This document shows, piece after piece, positions 8,640 to 16,776 of a stretch of DNA of 24,000 bases. How positions within the stretch are numbered: the first letter of the stretch is position 1; each line of letters begins with the position of its first letter. Origin of the DNA: Kiloniellaceae bacterium (GTDB taxonomy: Bacteria > Pseudomonadota > Alphaproteobacteria > Kiloniellales > Kiloniellaceae); assembly GCA_965199245.1 (NCBI GenBank), contig CBDAQP010000001.1, positions 822,663 through 846,662 on the forward strand, written 5' to 3'. The translations under genes and the position numbers were made by a program. The notes beneath the pieces are model-generated. The model had not been told where the DNA came from and ran no database searches. It saw only the letters and a program-made list of their open reading frames with translations.

Positions 8640-8771
8640 TGACGCGACAGCAGACAGAGCAACCTTCGTCTTGAACTCAGCCGTGAACTTCCGTCGCTTC
8701 GTCATTCCGTATCCCTCCGTAAACCGTGGAATACACCTTAGCCCCTTGTCCGATTTTCTCGGATCACCTCA
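8640..8771 (-). mobile_element. IS3-family left-end fragment (IRL plus first ~21 codons of orfA)
   Basis: The reverse strand reads TGAGGTGATCCGAGAAAATCGGACAAGGGGC..GGAGGGATACGGA-ATG-ACGAAGCGACGGAAGTTCACGGCTGAGTTCAAG, giving MTKRRKFTAEFKTKVAL, a typical IS3 OrfA N-terminus. Similarity is lost after about 21 codons. Confidence 0.6.
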
Positions 8772-8789
8772 CCAGTAGATTTTCCTTTC

Positions 8790-9560
8790 CAACGGCGTTT
8801 CAGGTGGCATTGGCAACTCTATTGAACAGGGGTCGTGCCGTCAGGCAGCAGCGGTCGCCTTGAGAGCCCGCTTCAAATTGTACGCCATTGCGGTGAGCTG
8901 GATATGTCGCTTTGCCTTGCCAGCACCCCGGTGTGGAACTGCCCGCAGGCCATAACTTCGTTGGGCCAAAGACCCTCCCGATCCGGCAACGCACCTTGTG
9001 AATGGGGCCTCGCTTTCAGCCTTGCTGCGGCGTCGTTGCGGACCCAAACGCCGGTCACAACACCCCGGGTGGTGCCTCCCTTCTCCTCGACCGCATTGCG
9101 AAAGCCAACGCCCTGATACGCACTGTCGGCAGAGACCTGTTCAGGATCACTACATCACAGCCGGCTTTCCCGTCATTCACGTTGGCCGGCGTGACGACAA
9201 TTTTCTCCAAAGGCCGTCCGCGTCGGCGCGGGAGAAACCGCAAAAGCGGCGGAACGAAGCCCGGTCATCCAGCGCATCGGCCAGCTTCACATCATCAGAC
9301 CACCGCCCCAAAAGCAGGGCCTTCAGCAAACACAGTGGCGGCCAACCCGCTTCGCCTTTGGAGGCGGAGGAAATATCCGCCAGATGATGATCAGGCATCG
9401 TCCAATCGACCAGGAGGACAAGGTCATCAGGATCGCTTCTTTTCCCATCAAAGGAAAAATGCTCCTGACCAATCTCACGACGCGCCATCAATCCTCCCAA
9501 ACTCTTCTATCAATTAAGAGAATCACAAAACAGCAGACCCGTCCAGTGCTATCCGCGCAC
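8790..9560 (-). mobile_element. Degenerate IS5-family element (IS1031-group-like); transposase in three frames with the central part missing
   Basis: Minus-strand ORF pieces: 9177-9500 (MARREIGQEHFSF..PPLCLLKALLLGRWSDDVKLADALDDRASFRRFCGFS), 9055-9243 (VVTPANVNDGKAG, DDE region), and 8873-9058/8841-9047 (VTGVWVRNDAAARLKA ... RSYGLRAV..GAGKAKRHIQLTAMAYNLKRAL, the C-terminal IS5 signature). About 220 codons in total, in different frames. Confidence 0.75.
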
Positions 9561-9827
9561 AGGTCTCATTATACTCGGCGCATGAATGTCGCTAAACTTC
9601 CTCTTAATGGTTTTGATATTCCCGCCACCATCCTTGGCGCGAATTTGCTTACTATTCGGGGCGTCCATGGCCTATGTTGTCAAACGGCATGGGTTGGGTC
9701 TCCTCAGAAAAATAATGCGCACTATCTATTGACATTCTCATTAAAAAGGCGCATTTATATACGCATAAAAATGTTAATTTTACTACGTTAGTCATTTTTA
9801 ATTCCTTTCGTTAATGGGGTTGTAGTA

Positions 9828-10010
9828 GTGGAAACGAACAGTCGGAAAATCATTAGACACCTTGAAAAAGACGGCTTCGAATTGGTGAAAATCACTGGTT
9901 CGCATCACAAATTCAAAAAAGGCGACAAGACTGTGACTATCCCGCACCCGAAAAAGGATTTGCCAATTGGCACTGTTTACAACATCCGCAAACAGGCTGG
10001 TTGGCCGTAG
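9828..10010 (+). CDS. hicA: Type II toxin HicA (mRNA interferase)
   Basis: 60 aa with GTG start. SRKIIRHLEKDGFELVKITGSHHKFKKGDKTVTIPHPKKDLPIGTVYNIRKQAG is a textbook HicA/YcfA sequence. Confidence 0.9.
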   Translation: METNSRKIIRHLEKDGFELVKITGSHHKFKKGDKTVTIPHPKKDLPIGTVYNIRKQAGWP

Positions 10011-10024
10011 CGAAAAGGAAAACC

Positions 10025-10417
10025 ATGCGTTACTATATTGGTGTCGTGCATCAGGACGGGGACAGTGCCTACGGCGTTCACTTTCCTGATGTACCTGGTT
10101 GCTTTTCAGCAGCCGATGAGTTGAATGATCTGTTATCAAAAGCTAGTGAAGCCCTATCGCTTCATCTGGAAGACGAAACATTGCCGGAAACCCGACCCCT
10201 GGATGCGGTTCGAACGGATGATGACGTTGCCAAAGACCTTGCCGAAGGTGCTTTTCTGCTGGCCGTGCCCTTCATCAGGTTGAGCGGTCGAAGCACTAGG
10301 GCGAACATTACCATGGACGCCGGACTATTGGCCGCTGTTGACCAAACAGCAAAGGAGCGCGGTTTGACCAGATCGTCCTTTCTTGCTGATCTGGCACGAA
10401 GTGAAATCGCTGGTTAA
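10025..10417 (+). CDS. hicB: Type II antitoxin HicB with C-terminal ribbon-helix-helix domain
   Basis: ATG 10025, 14 nt after the hicA stop. MRYYIGVVHQDGDSAYGVHFPDVPGCFSAADELNDLLSKASEAL is a HicB N-domain. The C-terminus RANITMDAGLLAAVDQTAKERGLTRSSFLADLARSEI is CopG/RHH-like. Confidence 0.9.
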   Translation: MRYYIGVVHQDGDSAYGVHFPDVPGCFSAADELNDLLSKASEALSLHLEDETLPETRPLDAVRTDDDVAKDLAEGAFLLAVPFIRLSGRSTRANITMDAGLLAAVDQTAKERGLTRSSFLADLARSEIAG

Positions 10418-10469
10418 CTCTGCGACATTCCGGCACCAACGCCCACCGTTGCTGTCAATCGATCATCAA

Positions 10470-10731
10470 TTGTAAAGGATGGAACCTGGCAAATTATCCT
10501 GCGTGACCTCGTGCTTCGGCTGCTTGAGGGCCGGAACAAACAGGCAGGCGCGGCCATTATCGACTCACAATCGGTCAAGGCCCGGACAAAAAAAGAGGTT
10601 CGATGCCGGCAAAAAAGTGAAGGGAATCAAGCGGCATTTATGGGTGGATCTGCTCGGGTTTCCGCTGCATCTGGTGGTGCATGATGCTGGAATACAGGAT
10701 CGCGATGGAACCCGCATTCTATTGAAAGATA
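10470..10731 (+). mobile_element. IS5-family (IS427-group-like) transposase, central fragment; 5' half missing, interrupted at 10730 by an IS630-type element
   Basis: Reads ..DGTWQIILRDLVLRLLEGRNKQAGAAIIDSQSVKA, then after a frameshift DAGKKVKGIKRHLWVDLLGFPLHLVVHDAGIQDRDGTRILLKDI. The IIDSQSVK and DAGKKVKG.KRH motifs are characteristic. Confidence 0.7.
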
Positions 10732-11617
10732 TAGCCTATTCTATATAAAATGATTCAATTTGGAAGAGTTGTTCAATGGAGCACAAGAGTTGTTTTCTGA
10801 CGGCCTTGAGATGGGCCCATTTTTGCTCGATGGGGTTGAGGTCAGGGGAATAAGGGGGCAGGAAGAGCAGGGTATGCCCTGCTTTTTAGATGATATTCTG
10901 CGTGGCTTGTGAAATGTTGCGTTATCCATGACGATGACAGAGTTTTCAGGAAGTTGAGGCAGCAAATCCTGTTTGACCCATGCGGTGAAAATATCTGCAG
11001 TGACGTTTGCCTGAAACAGGCCGACTGTCAGCAGGGTTTTCCCGATCAGGGCACCAATCGCATTGGTTCGGCCCCTAGCCTGCCAATCGCACAGGCCATC
11101 ACACCGTTGACCTGTTGGTGCATAACCATGCGTGCGGGGCATGTCATGGGCAAAGCCGCTTTCATCGATATGAACAATAGGACGGCCCCGGTGCTCATAC
11201 ATCTTTATCATCGTTTGGAAGACATGCCGTGCGCCAGCGCACGTCTTTGGATGCGTGAGAGTTTTTTTTATAGGTCACACCCAAACGGCGCAGGGCGTAA
11301 TGGATCCCCTGACACACCAAAACGACGGGCACGCTCATAGTGATATGCATCAGGATGAGCCCGAACATCACGCGCCAGGGCGACCATATCAATCTTTGTC
11401 GCCGGCTTAGTCCGGGTTGTCTTCGGCTCAGGGGTCTTGAGCCAACGGGTCACGCCCCACACAAAAACGCTCCGCCACCTGCGCTATTGTAAGGCCTTCC
11501 TTCTCACGGACAGATCAAACCTTACGGCGGAAATCTGATGAATACGCCATCCATAAACTATAAGCACATTATAATGAATTGGCTATAATTTAATCATTTT
11601 ATGTAGAACAGGCTATA
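10730..11617 (-). mobile_element. Degenerate IS630-family element (here IS630-A) inserted at a TA inside the IS427-like transposase
   Basis: 30-bp terminal inverted repeats match at 27/30 (10730 TATAGCCTATTCTATATAAAATGATTCAAT versus the reverse complement of 11588-11617). TA is present on both flanks. The minus-strand tnp starts at 11550 (MAYSSDFRRKV), has TGA at codon 12 (11515-11517) and several frameshifts. Recognisable pieces include KIDMVALARDVRAHPDAYHYERARRFGV, IHYALRRLGVTYKK, IVHIDESGF, IVMDNATFHK and LPPYSPDLNPIEQKW (out of frame). Confidence 0.8.
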
Positions 11618-11915
11618 TAAAGAAAAAGCACAGAAGGCTGCAATTGTTCCGGGCTGGTTATCGCGGGCCGATCATGGACGCATTGGCCAATCAGGAAAAA
11701 CTGAAAATCGAAATCGTAAAGCGAGGTGAAGAAAAAGCGTTCAAGCTGCTGCCAAAAGCACTGGATTGTCGAGCGATCTTTCGCATGGCTGGAGCCTGCA
11801 AGGCGGCTGGCAAAACATTACGAAAATCTCGACAAAACGCAGGAAGCCATGATCCGGCTACGCTTCATACAAATCGCAATCAAAAGAATTATAAAACTTA
11901 ATTGTTAGACAGCTT
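11618..11915 (+). mobile_element. Continuation (C-terminal part) of the IS427-like transposase split by IS630-A
   Basis: KKKHRRLQLFRAGYRGPIMDALANQEKLKIEIVKRGEEKAFKLLPK, then after a frameshift HWIVERSFAWLEPARRLAKHYENLDKTQEAMIRLRFIQIAIKRI, the IS5-family C-terminal signature. Stop at 11906-11908. Confidence 0.7.
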
Positions 11916-11917
11916 CT

Positions 11918-11962
11918 CAGAAAATCTGATGAATACCTCATCCATAAATTATAATAAAATTA
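11918..11962 (-). mobile_element. ~45-bp fragment of the IS630-A 5' region
   Basis: CAGAAAATCTGATGAATACCTCATCCATAAATTATAAT aligns with 11528-11570 of the long copy (GGAAATCTGATGAATACGCCATCCATAAACTATAAG). It is abutted by the IS5-type IR. Confidence 0.45.
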
Positions 11963-13356
11963 CAATGGATTAGTTCGCGCTGAACAAAGCCTAAGTCATT
12001 GCTATTTCGCAGCGTTGGAAGTGAAGTATTCGATTTTGCCGTTTTCGTCGTCCTGATCAGCGCATTGATGACCCGGACAAGCCAAAACGCGATGGCGTTC
12101 AGACGCATGTTATGGCCGCCAGCAAGGCGTTCATGGTGTCTCCAGTCTGGCCTTTCAGGACGTTCCGATCAAGGCGGCCATCGGTTTTCATGTGGTGGCC
12201 TCGATGGCCGACCTTCGTTTGAGTTCGCGCCTCATCTGCGGGCTCAATCCGCGCGTGCGCCCTGACATCATGACCGAGGCCTCGCCCTCGTCATTGTGGC
12301 CGCGATAGCCCCTGTCGACGTAGACCCGTTCCGGTCCAGTCATCCGGGCGGCCTGGGCCACTGTATCGGCCAGAGTATGGCCCCCGGAAACTTTTCGCCC
12401 AGACCCTCACGGTTGGTGGTGGCAATCCCAACCTTGGCACCAAACTCGTCAGGATTACGCGCCTTACCCTTGGCGATGCAGGCAACTTCCGGAGCGTGCA
12501 GGGCATAGAGCTTGTTCTTGTCCCCGGGCTGTTGCACCAGAAGACGCCAGGCCCAACAGTTTCGCAAAACGGGCCTCGAGGTTCCCGGCAATCTTACGGA
12601 CAATATCGCGGAAAACCCGGCCGAGATAGGTCTTGAGTGTCCTGATCTCGCGGCGCATGCGCCGGAACTGTCTGGCATGGGCATAACGCCCGGCCATAAG
12701 GGCAGCGCGTCTGGCCACACGGGTGTGGCTGCGGCGCAGGACAAGGCCGTGCCGTTTGGCCTGACGAACCAGGGCCTGCAACGCTTTCAGATACAGACGG
12801 CTGTCGGTGGGGTAAGCTATGGCCTTGGGCCACCGTAATCCGCTCGAAACTGCTGTCCTTGACTGCTCCCGCGTCAACCGCAACACCGACCGTCGCCGAC
12901 AAAACCGCATGCCTTCGGGACGCCTGCGCCAGCGCGTCATCGTGCTGGAGTCAATCGGCAGGCGGTGCTGAAAAAAATCAAAACCGCAGAAATACGGCCA
13001 GTAGGGGTTCTCAACCCACCGCTCCACAACCTCATCAGGTCGTACATGTGTTTCAGATAGTGCAGCCCGCAGACGCGTTGGTTTCGCAGGACGGCGGCCT
13101 GTAGTGCTTGCCAAAGGCCTCATCAAATGTGGACCAGGCCATCAAGTTGCTCAGGCGTATCAGATTATGCTCCTTGTCGATGATCGAATCAAGGCGTTCG
13201 CGAAAGAGGTCGGCGTTGCTGCTTCTTGGGTTTCATGAAAATCTACCAGAAAACGAGGGGTGAAAGCGATCCTGCTGGCATTTTACAACATTCGATTCCC
13301 TCTGGGAATCCATATTATCTGCGGACTTCAGAGTTTTTCAGCGCGAACGGATTAGC
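11963..13356 (-). mobile_element. ~1.4-kb IS5-family element with both inverted repeats but a multiply frameshifted transposase
   Basis: Ends: 11967 GGATTAGTTCGCGCTGAACAAAGCC versus the reverse complement of 13332-13356, GCTAATCCGTTCGCGCTGAAAAACT. Minus-strand pieces: MKPKKQQ..DLFRERLDSIIDKEHNLIRLSNLMAWSTFDEAFGKHY, VVERWVENPYWPYFCGFDFFQHRLPIDSSTMTRWRRR, IAYPTDSRLYLKALQALVRQAKRHG, LYALHAPEVACIAKGKARNPDEFGAKVGIATTN, and a C-terminal region with in-frame stops. Confidence 0.8.
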
Positions 13357-13433
13357 TACAGACAAAGCTTGACCATCTCTCCCGCCGGGATCCTCACCGG
13401 ATTTCGGTGATGGACTCTCAGTCCTGTTCGCAC

Positions 13434-13462
13434 TCGACACGCGCCATAAAATGAGCTATAAT
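13434..13462 (+). promoter_or_regulatory. Near-consensus sigma70-type promoter upstream of phd (TCGACA-17 nt-TATAAT)
   Basis: -35 TCGACA at 13434-13439, a 17-nt spacer, and -10 TATAAT at 13457-13462, 35 nt upstream of the phd ATG. This is a sequence match only. Confidence 0.5.
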
Positions 13463-13497
13463 TGCATTTAATTTGATGCGTTAATGATGAGAATGCC

Positions 13498-13782
13498 ATG
13501 GATATCACCAAAGACATCCGCCCCCTGACCGAGTTCAAACGCGACACGACGCGTTTCATGTCGCACCTCAAAGACGCCGGCCGCCCGTCCGTTCTGACAG
13601 TCAACGGCAAGCCGGCACTCGTGGTCATGGACGCCGAAGCTTGGCAGGATGTTCAGGATCAGATCGAGTATGCCCGGACGGTCGCGGGCATCCGCCGCAA
13701 GGGTCTCGATCAGGCCCGTGACGGCCAAGGCATCGAGGCTGCGGCCTTTTTTGAGACGCTGGATGCTCGTAGCAAGGCATGA
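13498..13782 (+). CDS. Phd/YefM-family type II antitoxin
   Basis: 94 aa. IRPLTEFKRDTTRFMSHLKDAGRPSVLTVNGKPALVVMDAEAWQDVQDQIE is a typical Phd/YefM N-domain. ATGA overlap with the downstream toxin remnant. Confidence 0.85.
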   Translation: MDITKDIRPLTEFKRDTTRFMSHLKDAGRPSVLTVNGKPALVVMDAEAWQDVQDQIEYARTVAGIRRKGLDQARDGQGIEAAAFFETLDARSKA

Positions 13783-13955
13783 AGCACTACCGAGTGATCA
13801 TCACGCCGTTCGCCGGTGAGAACATCCGCGAAGCCCATGAGTGGTTAGAGGTTGAAAACCCCACTTACGCGGCCAAGTGGCTAATACCAATTTTCAGAAA
13901 ATTTGACTTATTTGCCCTTGTGTTTCTTGCCCTTGTGTTTCTTGTCCTTGTGTGA
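13779..13955 (+). pseudogene. Truncated ParE/RelE-family toxin (only the first ~35 codons are toxin-like)
   Basis: MKHYRVIITPFAGENIREAHEWLEVENPTYAAKWL matches ParE N-termini (the Y.V...P.A..D/N..E...W/Y......P..A..W pattern). The remaining 23 codons (IPIFRKFDLFALVFLALVFLVLV) are read from a tandem repeat and the IS junction. 58 aa in total, against roughly 90-100 aa expected. Confidence 0.6.
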
Positions 13956-13956
13956 T
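13912..13956. repeat. 15-bp tandem repeat x3 (TTGCCCTTGTGTTTC, TTGCCCTTGTGTTTC, TTGTCCTTGTGTGAT)
   Basis: Read directly from the sequence. Two copies are perfect and the third is diverged and runs into the IS630-B end. Confidence 0.9.
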
Positions 13957-14700
13957 TCTTAACGGGACACTTTATTGGAGGTTTCCATGGGACGCGCCAT
14001 TTCCTTGCGAGAAGACTTTGACAGTCGCCAGCTTCGCCCGCCAATCAGCTGAGTCCAATCAAACACGCTGCCTTTTGGCACTGGCTGTCATCTCTGATGG
14101 CGGCAGCCGAAGTGAGGCCGCTGTTGTTGGCGGTGTTGGTTTGCAAATCATTCGTGACCAGGTGTTGCGATTTAACCGGGAAGGTTCGGCAGGCCTCGTT
14201 GATCGCAAATCGTTCCACCGAAGCTGAATGCTGGCCACCGGCAGGCCCTGGCGTCCCGGGTTGGCGCGGCCCATACAGGAAACGGCGTTATGCGCGGGCG
14301 TCTGGCAGATCTGGTGCACCGGGTATGGGAAGAATACAGGATCAGTGTGAGCATCGTCACAATGAGCCGGGTGTGACGGGAAATGGGCGACAGAAAGCTG
14401 ACGGCGCGACCGCGTCATCATGGCCGGAACAAGCATGCGATTGACACATTTAAAAAAACTTCCCCGCCGGAATAGCCTCCCTGCACGCCGGAATTGGTTC
14501 GGCTGTCCCGCTGGACATCCGGTGGCAGGATGAGGCGCATGTTGGCCAGAAGAACAACATGTTGGGCCAAACGGGGCACACGGCCTGTGGCAGAAAAAGA
14601 CCAGCGCACAAAATCTGTCTGGATATTTGGTGCTCTCTGCCCGGCACGGGGCGTTGGTGCTGTTCGGGTCCTGCCGCGCTGTGATACAGACTGCAGGCAA
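13951..14700 (+). mobile_element. 3'-truncated IS630-family element of a second lineage (IS630-B, copy 1)
   Basis: ATG 13987, MGRAISLREDFDSRQL, then a 5-nt deletion relative to copy 2. Further frames give QTRCLLALAVISDGGSRSEAAVVGGVGLQIIRDQVLRFNREGSAGLVDRK, RLADLVHRVWEEYRISVSIVTMSRV, KLTARPRHHGRNKHAIDTFKK, WQDEAHVGQKNNMLGQTGHTACGRKRPAHKICLDIWCSLPGTGRWC and RTTCWAKRGTRPVAEKDQRTKSVWIFGALCPARG..LPRCDT. Similarity stops near 14695, before the DDE C-terminal third. Confidence 0.8.
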
Positions 14701-14729
14701 TGGGCCGCTTTGGTCGTTAAATGGCGTGG

Positions 14730-15644
14730 TCAGGCCATAGTGTCAGCGGCATGAAGGCAATTATTCAGGCACTGCTCACTGTCGCGGTCAAACATGGGAA
14801 AGTGGGTGTGACCAGCCCCCCCTGTGACGAGGATGGCCCGTCCGCCAGTGGTGTTGAGTGTCTCAACCCAGTTGATCCATTCTGTGTGGCGTTGTGTCCA
14901 GTGGGATGCGGTGTCGAGAAAGTCGCCTGCAAAAATGACTGTGGGGATATGGCGCAGTTTTTCCGGTTTCGCCACTGTGGTTGATGGTTCAAGAGCAATA
15001 AAAGCGGTGCAGAGTTCAGGGGTCTGTGTGATGGCATCCATCGCGATTTCACCGCCCTGACTGTGGCAGATGATAATCGCGGGGCCTGTCCGCGCCAAAA
15101 CGGCATGCAGGGCGCGAACGTGGAGCGACGTGGTTGTCAGCCAACGCGGAATGAAGAAGCGGGCGAAATGGTCAAAGGCATGGACAGGAAACTGTGACCG
15201 CGCAAAGGCTGTACGCGTGAGAAAATTTTCGGGGCGACCGATGCGAAAAAGCGTCCAGGCTTCTTCTTGTGATCTGAGGATCGGGTCGCCTTCCCAGTGA
15301 CCGGGGGCAAAACCACTGCGCCCGCGTTCGACATTATCGAGCACATGAACCTCATAACCGCGTTTGATCAAAAGATGGAGCCAACCGGGTCGCCCGTCCG
15401 GCGTTGTTTCCCAGGTTCCACCATGCATTCCCCCCCCATGAACCAAAACAACAGGCGGGGCGTCATTGCGTTGGGTTGGGACAAAGTATTGGACATAGGC
15501 ATGACCGACAGAAAAATGTCCGCGCGGGTCGTGAATGTATTGGCTCGCACGGGTAAAAGACACCTCGCGTGCTGTGCCCTCGGTGACTTCAACCACCTCT
15601 CCCTCCACGTAATAACTCCCAAAATCCTGTAAAGAGTAAGGCAT
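14730..15644 (-). CDS. Alpha/beta-fold hydrolase (esterase-like), substrate unknown
   Basis: ATG 15644 is preferred (GGGAG 8 nt upstream) over the TTG at 15677. PPVVLVHGGGMHGGTWETTPDGRPGW (oxyanion-hole region), nucleophile-elbow-like IIICHSQGG, and a C-terminal GAGHTHFPM (candidate catalytic His). Confidence 0.8.
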   Translation of the reverse strand: MPYSLQDFGSYYVEGEVVEVTEGTAREVSFTRASQYIHDPRGHFSVGHAYVQYFVPTQRNDAPPVVLVHGGGMHGGTWETTPDGRPGWLHLLIKRGYEVHVLDNVERGRSGFAPGHWEGDPILRSQEEAWTLFRIGRPENFLTRTAFARSQFPVHAFDHFARFFIPRWLTTTSLHVRALHAVLARTGPAIIICHSQGGEIAMDAITQTPELCTAFIALEPSTTVAKPEKLRHIPTVIFAGDFLDTASHWTQRHTEWINWVETLNTTGGRAILVTGGAGHTHFPMFDRDSEQCLNNCLHAADTMA

Positions 15645-15728
15645 AAGAACTGCTCCCAAACGCAGGCCGCCAGTCAAGAGCGGGAGGTGTTTACGAACAC
15701 CACCCGCGCAACGATCAGAATGATTTGT

Positions 15729-16748
15729 TTAGTCAAGGTTGTTCAGGGCCTGATATTCGTTATAGGCGGCGGCATAGGCCCGGTAGCTGTCGATGACACG
15801 CTTGAACATCGGATATTTGGCGGATTTTTCAGCATAGACCGCATCAGTCGCAGCGCGAAGGGCCGCCATGACGCTGTCGGGAAAGCGTCTGATTGTGACG
15901 CCTTCCTTGCGAAAATCATCGAGGACGGCTGACTGCGCCGCTGCCATCGTGCCTATGGCATAGAGGTTGGCATCGGCACATGCCGTCTCCAGTGCCGTGC
16001 GCTGGTTCGCGCTGAGGGAGTCCCATTTGTCCTTGTTCATATAAAACTCAATGAAGCCAGCGGGTTGGTGCCAGCCGGGGAAGTAGTAATTTTTGACAAT
16101 TTTTTCAAATCCGAAAAATTTATCGGCAAGTGGAAAGCTGAATTCGGTGGCATCCAAACGGCCTGTTTCCAGTGCGGTTGACAGTTCGCCAATAGGAAGT
16201 GACATGGCACTCGCTCCCAGTTTGCCGAGGATTTCGCCCCCCAGCCCCCCGATTCTGATATTCAGGCCCTTGAAATCTTCGGGGCGTTCAATGTGTCTGT
16301 TGTACCAGCCGCCTGACTCGGAGAGGATGATCCCGCAGGCCATAGGGACAAGGTTATAGGGTTGGTAGAGTTCACGCCAAAGCTCCAGCCCGCCGCCATG
16401 GTGCAACCAGCTGATATAGGAAAGGGGATCACCGCCAAAGGGAACAGAGCCAAAAAGTGCGGCTGCAGGTTCCTTTCCACTGGCATAGGCCGCATAGGAC
16501 CAGGCGGCATCAATCGCCCCCGCGCTGACATTGTCAAAAATTTCAAAGGGCGGTGACAGTTCGCCAGCAAGAAAATAGTTGAATGTGATCTCACCATCGG
16601 TCAGAGCCGAAACAGTAGCAACAAATCGCTTTGCCGTCGGATCCAGGACTGGCGCACCCCCGAAAGCAGATTGCAGGGTCAGGGTTTTTGCCGATACTGT
16701 TCCTGTCATCATAGTCAGCAACCCTATGGCGAGGATAATATTTTTCAT
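15729..16748 (-). CDS. dctP: TRAP transporter substrate-binding protein (DctP superfamily, FcbT1/COG4663-like)
   Basis: True start is ATG 16748 (GGGAGA RBS; the track ORF extends upstream into dctM). Signal peptide MKNIILAIGLLTMMTGTVSA. GGWYNRHIERPEDFKGLNIRIGGLGGEILGKLGASAMSLPIGELSTALETGRLDATEF and YYFPGWHQP are typical of this SBP subfamily. Confidence 0.9.
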   Translation of the reverse strand: MKNIILAIGLLTMMTGTVSAKTLTLQSAFGGAPVLDPTAKRFVATVSALTDGEITFNYFLAGELSPPFEIFDNVSAGAIDAAWSYAAYASGKEPAAALFGSVPFGGDPLSYISWLHHGGGLELWRELYQPYNLVPMACGIILSESGGWYNRHIERPEDFKGLNIRIGGLGGEILGKLGASAMSLPIGELSTALETGRLDATEFSFPLADKFFGFEKIVKNYYFPGWHQPAGFIEFYMNKDKWDSLSANQRTALETACADANLYAIGTMAAAQSAVLDDFRKEGVTIRRFPDSVMAALRAATDAVYAEKSAKYPMFKRVIDSYRAYAAAYNEYQALNNLD

Positions 16749-16776
16749 CTCTTGTCTCCCGTTGTGATGAGTAGTT

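Noticed and set aside
9384-9791. 135-aa plus-strand ORF between the IS1031-like remnant and hicA, and a 39-aa minus-strand ORF at about 9552-9671.
   Set aside because: The first starts antisense to the IS1031-like transposase start and runs on through its 5' leader and the AT-rich intergenic DNA. Neither ORF has a recognisable motif or a convincing RBS.
13912-13956. Possible CRISPR-like or minisatellite array.
   Set aside because: It has only three directly abutting 15-bp units with no spacers, so it is a simple tandem repeat.
14059-14700. 213-aa minus-strand ORF, the longest in the 13.9-14.7 kb region.
   Set aside because: It is antisense to the clearly recognisable (frameshifted) IS630-B transposase and has a Cys/Pro/Arg-rich composition with no family resemblance.
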